Positions 59,088-64,000 of a DNA stretch of 64,000 bases are shown in pieces. The stretch spans positions 1,473-65,472 of the forward strand of contig JAQUPL010000003.1 of the NCBI GenBank assembly GCA_028716565.1. The letters run 5' to 3'. The position numbers and the translations under genes are program-made. The notes below the pieces were generated by a model. The model had not been told where the DNA came from. It searched no databases and saw only the letters and a program-made list of their open reading frames with translations. This DNA comes from Candidatus Omnitrophota bacterium. GTDB taxonomy: Bacteria > Omnitrophota > Gorgyraeia > Pluralincolimonadales > Pluralincolimonadaceae. How positions within the stretch are numbered: the stretch's first letter is position 1; each line of letters begins with the position of its first letter.

Positions 59088-62000
59088 TTGCATATGAATC
59101 TGTTCAAGAAATTATTTCTACTAACAGGAGATAAAAATATGGACACGTCCTCTCACAAAAAATGGCCCGCCAGGGTATTCATTTTGTTTATTTCCTGCCT
59201 ATTGTCCTTCTCTGCATCGGCTAATGCTACTGATATCACCGTTCCTCCGGCAACCGCTCCAATTAATCTTCCCACGGGAAGTCCCCCGGATACAGTTACT
59301 ATTAATAGCGGTTCTACTTTAGCCGCCACAGGTACTACTGAGGCAATTCACGGCCCATCGGCAAATGGCGTAACGGTGACCGTGGGAGGAACAGTTTCGG
59401 CTGAGGGGGGGAGTGGCAACACGGCAGCATGGGCTATTGATCTGGGAAATAATGCCAATGTCACGGTGCAAAGCGGAGGAGAAGTCAAAAATTTAGGATA
59501 TGCCGTCAATGCGAATGGCGATGCCATCCATACCGGGACCGGTGCCATAGTCGATGTGGCCGGTACCATTAATGTCCTTAGGCAGGGTAGCGGTTATAGC
59601 AACTGGTCGAACGGCATTACTGCAGGATCCGGTTCAGCCGTTACTATTGAATCAACGGGACATATTAATACTTATACGTTTGGTAGCGCCGCTGTTTCTT
59701 TGGCGAACGGCGGGACCGTAACGAATCACGGCACATTGACCACAACCAACGAAGGCGGATTGATTTATGGTGTGGTTTCCATAATGTCCGGTAACAGTAA
59801 GATAATCAATAACAATACTATAACAAACAATGATGGTACTTATGCGATCTATATGGGCACCGGTTCATCTTCTACCGGCAACGAGCTTGATTTATACGGA
59901 AATTCGGCGATCACGGGGATCTTGTATAACGCCGGCGCCGCGGGCGGCGCTACCGTGAATTTCGGATATGATGGGACTGCGGCCGATGCCACAGCCAACA
60001 CGGTTACAACCGGAAATATCGGCAGCTCTGGCAGTGCCTGGAACGGCCGGGTATGGGGTGGAGCGAATCACGTTACGGGCACCTCCACATTTAACACTCT
60101 ACAGGTTGACCTGGACGCTGCTTTGACCCTTGACGGGGCATCCGTGACTACAGGGAATCTTACAGCCGATGGTATGCTGAATATTGCCGGCGGCGCGACA
60201 GTAGGTTCACTTTTCGGATCGGGCACCGTTGCTAACACAGGAGCGATAGACAGGACCCTTACGGTAGGAGACGATACTTCAACGACATTTTTCGGAACCA
60301 TTGCAGATGGCGGAGGCGCAGGTAAGTTATTCCTTACTAAACAGGGCGCGGGAACCCTTACTCTTAGCGGCACAAGCACCTACACCGGAGCCACGACGAT
60401 TAATGGCGGTGTAATAGATATCACGGCGGATAATGCTCTCGGAACCGGCGCTGTGACGATAAATGACGGGACTGCTCTCTTGTTTGGAACAGTGGGATAC
60501 GACGCAGGCAGTGTAGAAATATCGAATAGCATCAATGTGGCAGGCGCGGGTGATACCGGCATAGGGGCTATTAATAATGCCGGCGGGAATAATACCATCA
60601 AGGGCGCAATTGTTACGACCGGGGACGCGTCTATCGGTTCAATCAGCAGTACGTTGACCATAACCGGTAATATTACCAGCGCGGACAATTATGACCTTAC
60701 CTTTACCGGTGAAAGCAACATATCTGTAGAGGGCGTGATAGGTATCGGATCCGGCTCCGTAATAAAGGAAGGGACCGGTGGTCTCTACTTGTCGGCGGCC
60801 AATACCTATACGGGTAACACTACCATCAATACAGGGGGTATTATTGCCAGGAGCAGCGATGCGTTGGGAGTGGATAGTGATATAACCGTTGCCGACCGCG
60901 CCACGCTGGTCCTTGAAACTGATTTGACGGATGTAACCATAGCTAACAATATTATTTCGGTACAGGGAATAGGCCCGGGCAACTACGGCGCAATCGTCAA
61001 TTCGGGCGATAATAATACCATCTCGGGCTCAATTACCCAAGCCGGCGATACGACCATTTATTCGGATAACGGTAAGTTAACGATAAGCGGGGCCATTGGC
61101 GGCGTCCATGCCCTTACGCTGGCGGGCGACGGCGATATCGATATTTCAGGCGTCATAGGTGAAGTCACCGGACTTACCAAAGACGACGGAGGCATTCTTA
61201 CCTTAAGCGGCGCCAACACCTACACCGGCGCAACTACGGTAAATGCCGGTATTCTTGAGGCAGGTGTCGCGACCCAGGCGTTCGGCGATATATCGGAAGT
61301 GACGGTTGCCACAGGAGCGACGCTGTCTTTGAATAATTTTGACGAAACCATAGCTTCACTTTCCGGATCGGGGACGGTAAATAACGGAGGAGCGGCGGAT
61401 AAGACCCTGACAGTAGGGAATATCCCGTTAGCGCGCGGCAATACCTCAACGACATTCTCCGGGCTTATCGCTGATGGCGGCGGCGGAAGATTTGCGTTGG
61501 TCAAAGACGGGATCGGCGTTCTTATCTTAGATACCGCCAACACCTTCACCGGCGGAACGACAATTACCGCCGGCACCCTACAGGTTTCTAACGCCAATGC
61601 CGTCGGCACAGGCGACCTTACCAATAACGCTACCTTAAGCGTCGGCACGACCGGTCTTTCGGTCGACGGTACTTATACCCAGAACGCGGGTTCTGCATTA
61701 GATCTTACCGCGAATTCCTCCTCTGCCTTCGGTAATATTACCTCCCTGTGCGATGCCGTTGTAGATGCAGGAAGTACGGTCAACGTCACCGTCGGCGGCT
61801 ACATGCCCAATAACACCACCCTTAAGATAATCAACGGCACCGGCGGACTCAACGTAGCTGTCCCGACCACTATCACATCCTCTAATCCCAAATATACGTT
61901 TACGGGTTTGAGCTCAAACGGCGACCTCATCCTGACCGTAAGTCGCCTGGGGACAGGATTCGAGCCTGATGGCCGCGATCCCAACGGCAAGAAGGTAGGT

Positions 62001-63092
62001 AAGGTCTTAGACGATGTCGTTGACCCCACCCCCGATATGAGAGACGTCCTGGATACCCTGGACTCAATGAGCAATACAGACGTCGGCCAGGCACTTTCAA
62101 CCTTCACCCCGGTCGTAGACAGCGGTGTAACCAACGTCAGCAATACCGCCATCGTCCAGTTTATCGGCGCCTCAGAGGACAGGCTGGTAAACCTCTACGC
62201 CCAGGCGCGTCAAGCGGAAGAGACCGGCGTCTCTACCGGAAGCAAAGGGTCAAGCGGCTTTGAGGCCTGGGGCAGGGGATTCGGCCAGGCCGCCCACCAG
62301 GATGCCAGGGGTAACAGTAACGGCTATTCCGCCACCATCTGGGGCACAGCTTTAGGCGGTGATATCCCCGCTTTTCACGAGAAGGTAAGGTTCGGCGGAA
62401 GCGGCGGCTATGCGGCATCCAACGTAAATTCCAAAGACAACAGCGGAAAGACCTACATCAACAGCTATCAGTCGACTTTCTACGGCGGATACATCGACCC
62501 GGAGAAGCCCTACTACGTAAATGGCGCTTTTGCCTTCGCCTATAACACATATAAGTCAAAAAGGGATATCGCCGTAGGCACGATAGCAAGAAGGGCCAAC
62601 TCCAGCTATAGAGGCCAGCAGTACTCGGTCCTTTTTGACGGCGGCTATACATTTAAGACTAAGCATGTAAACATAACACCTATCGCATCATTACAATACC
62701 TCCACCTGCACCTTCAGAAGTATACCGAGACTGGCGCCGACGCCCTAAACCTAAGTGTTGCGAAACAGGACTACGACATGCTCCAGTCAGGCCTGGGCGC
62801 AAAACTCGACCATCCATTTGAGTTCGGCTACGGCACATTAACCCCCGAGGTCCACGCAAGGTGGCTCCATGACTTCATAAACGATAACCAGGATACGACC
62901 TCGACCTTCGCAGGCGGCGGCGGCTCATTCGCCACTCAGGGGTTCACCCCTGCGCGCGACGCCTTAAACGTCGGCGGACGTCTTACCCTCGTCACTAAAG
63001 GCAATTGGAGCGTCGATGCCAACTATGACTTCGAATACAAGCAGGACTACACCTCCCATACGGGTTGGGCTGATATAAGGTATAAGTTCTAA
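59088..63092 (+). CDS. Autotransporter (type Va) with beta-helical passenger repeats and C-terminal beta-barrel
   Basis: Signal peptide. At least 4 repeats of about G.LTLSG.NTYTGATTINGG. C-terminus ends in ...WADIRYKF. The likely start is an ATG about 51 nt downstream, preceded by AGGAG. Track coordinates are used; the printed sequence differs by 1-2 nt here. Confidence 0.7.
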   Translation: MHMNLFKKLFLLTGDKNMDTSSHKKWPARVFILFISCLLSFSASANATDITVPPATAPINLPTGSPPDTVTINSGSTLAATGTTEAIHGPSANGVTVTVGGTVSAEGGSGNTAAWAIDLGNNANVTVQSGGEVKNLGYAVNANGDAIHTGTGAIVDVAGTINVLRQGSGYSNWSNGITAGSGSAVTIESTGHINTYTFGSAAVSLANGGTVTNHGTLTTTNEGGLIYGVVSIMSGNSKIINNNTITNNDGTYAIYMGTGSSSTGNELDLYGNSAITGILYNAGAAGGATVNFGYDGTAADATANTVTTGNIGSSGSAWNGRVWGGANHVTGTSTFNTLQVDLDAALTLDGASVTTGNLTADGMLNIAGGATVGSLFGSGTVANTGAIDRTLTVGDDTSTTFFGTIADGGGAGKLFLTKQGAGTLTLSGTSTYTGATTINGGVIDITADNALGTGAVTINDGTALLFGTVGYDAGSVEISNSINVAGAGDTGIGAINNAGGNNTIKGAIVTTGDASIGSISSTLTITGNITSADNYDLTFTGESNISVEGVIGIGSGSVIKEGTGGLYLSAANTYTGNTTINTGGIIARSSDALGVDSDITVADRATLVLETDLTDVTIANNIISVQGIGPGNYGAIVNSGDNNTISGSITQAGDTTIYSDNGKLTISGAIGGVHALTLAGDGDIDISGVIGEVTGLTKDDGGILTLSGANTYTGATTVNAGILEAGVATQAFGDISEVTVATGATLSLNNFDETIASLSGSGTVNNGGAADKTLTVGNIPLARGNTSTTFSGLIADGGGGRFALVKDGIGVLILDTANTFTGGTTITAGTLQVSNANAVGTGDLTNNATLSVGTTGLSVDGTYTQNAGSALDLTANSSSAFGNITSLCDAVVDAGSTVNVTVGGYMPNNTTLKIINGTGGLNVAVPTTITSSNPKYTFTGLSSNGDLILTVSRLGTGFEPDGRDPNGKKVGKVLDDVVDPTPDMRDVLDTLDSMSNTDVGQALSTFTPVVDSGVTNVSNTAIVQFIGASEDRLVNLYAQARQAEETGVSTGSKGSSGFEAWGRGFGQAAHQDARGNSNGYSATIWGTALGGDIPAFHEKVRFGGSGGYAASNVNSKDNSGKTYINSYQSTFYGGYIDPEKPYYVNGAFAFAYNTYKSKRDIAVGTIARRANSSYRGQQYSVLFDGGYTFKTKHVNITPIASLQYLHLHLQKYTETGADALNLSVAKQDYDMLQSGLGAKLDHPFEFGYGTLTPEVHARWLHDFINDNQDTTSTFAGGGGSFATQGFTPARDALNVGGRLTLVTKGNWSVDANYDFEYKQDYTSHTGWADIRYKF

Positions 63093-63241
63093 GGCTTGTG
63101 CGCCCGCTTGAAAACTGTACGATTCCTGTATAGCGGATGGGTTGCATAATCGTAACTTATTTATTATAATGCCATTGGGAGCGGAGGCATTATCATCCCC
63201 CGCTCTCCGCCATCTTCATTAACTAAAGGAGAATATAATAG

Positions 63242-64000
63242 ATGACTGAACTTGCGTTGACGGCGCGCGCCGCACTCTTCGGAGATGGTTTTAATTGCAG
63301 GATCAAGGGGTTTTATGGCAGGATAACCAGAAAGTTATCTTCGCGTATCTCAAAGGCCATTTCATCGAACAGTTTCAGGTTTTCTGTTATTGCGGTTATG
63401 TTCCTGTCCCTTATCTTGGCAAGGGTAGCGGTGCACTCTTTCGGCGTATCCCTGGGTTATCTCTATTTGATCGTGATATCGCTTGCCGGCATCTGGTTCG
63501 GGTCTGTCGGAGGGTTATTTGCGGCGGCGGCCTCCGTACTGATATTCTCCGCGGAAATAATCATTTTCAGGGACTGGCCATTCAGGGACCTCGTACTGAA
63601 TGGGGCATCTTTCAGGCTGTTAGCTTTTTCCCTCGGGGGCATCATAGTCGGCTACATTTCCGAGATGGAAAAAAGGCTGAAAGAAAGATTAAAGGAATTA
63701 GCCTACAAGGACGAGCTTACCGGCTGCGTAAATTACAGATGGACCATGCAAATACTCGAGAACGAGATAGAGCGCAGTGAACGTTATCAAAAAGAGACAT
63801 CGATAATAATAATCGACATAGACCACTTTAAGGACATTAATGACACGTATGGCCATCAGGCCGGAAACGATATCTTGAAGGCTTTTGTGGATGCGCTCAA
63901 AAACAACATAAGGGCTATCGATACCGTAGGCAGGTACGGAGGTGAGGAGTTTATTATCATCTTTCCCGAAAAGAATCCCGAGGAGGCGCTCGTAGCCGTG
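63242..64000 (+). CDS. Diguanylate cyclase (GGDEF) with N-terminal membrane domain; runs off the window end
   Basis: RBS AAGGAG. GGDEF core DELTGC...RYGGEEFIIIF. The ORF track lists 63295..63780 in another frame instead. Confidence 0.6.
   Translation, partial: MTELALTARAALFGDGFNCRIKGFYGRITRKLSSRISKAISSNSFRFSVIAVMFLSLILARVAVHSFGVSLGYLYLIVISLAGIWFGSVGGLFAAAASVLIFSAEIIIFRDWPFRDLVLNGASFRLLAFSLGGIIVGYISEMEKRLKERLKELAYKDELTGCVNYRWTMQILENEIERSERYQKETSIIIIDIDHFKDINDTYGHQAGNDILKAFVDALKNNIRAIDTVGRYGGEEFIIIFPEKNPEEALVAV

Noticed and set aside
59040-59101. Apparent frameshifts: the printed sequence does not reproduce ORF-track proteins 58850..59134, 58497..59093 and 59088..63092 without adding 1 nt at the 59040/59041 line join and removing 2 nt at the 59100/59101 join
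   Set aside because: Three independent track ORFs agree with each other, so this was treated as a formatting inconsistency at line joins rather than a biological frameshift or pseudogene. Coordinates here are +/-2, and track coordinates were used for the autotransporter.
63295-63780. ORF-track 161-aa ORF
   Set aside because: It is in the wrong frame. The overlapping frame starting at 63242 has a strong RBS, TM helices and a canonical GGDEF core. It is missing from the track only because it has no stop inside the window.

Overview
The window has two parts. From the left edge to about 10.7 kb is a low-GC (roughly 35%) integrative mobile element that runs off the window on the left. It carries a complete Type III restriction-modification operon (mod, res), then three tightly packed uncharacterised genes of which two show PD-(D/E)xK-like nuclease cores read by eye. 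After these come a SpoVG-family gene, a RepA_N-like replication initiator, a small Zn-ribbon gene, an AT-rich iteron-like repeat block, an excisionase and a tyrosine integrase. The element ends in a 50-nt 3' fragment of tRNA-Asp, which I read as attR, followed by an intrinsic terminator. The remaining ~53 kb is GC-rich (about 60%) core chromosome of a diderm bacterium, almost all on the + strand. It contains a SemiSWEET, arfB, a thioredoxin/thioredoxin-reductase module, purN, a phosphohexomutase, eno, ftsB and an S1-domain protein. A compact purine operon follows: purB, purC, a purS-purS-purL fusion, purQ, purF, purM, purD and purE. It runs on into tsaC, a low-molecular-weight PTP, rpiB, glyA, a dCMP deaminase, nrdR and a radical-SAM gene. 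Then come gdhA, a KaiC-like/PPDK_N-domain protein, larA next to a fused FAD/Fe-S D-lactate-dehydrogenase-like gene, lpxB and a Gfo/Idh/MocA oxidoreductase (the only minus-strand genes), msbA, rpsB-tsf-pyrH-frr and serS. There are six tRNAs (Phe, Thr, initiator-like Met, Lys, Ser-TGA, Ser-CGA), a 1334-aa autotransporter and the start of a GGDEF gene at the right edge. The best candidate for a novel system is the three-gene cassette at 4685-7124, wedged between the Type III R-M operon and the element's replication/integration module. All calls come from reading motifs in the sequence and ORF track; no database search was run. The printed sequence and the ORF track disagree by 1-2 nt at two line joins near 59040-59101, so coordinates there are +/-2.
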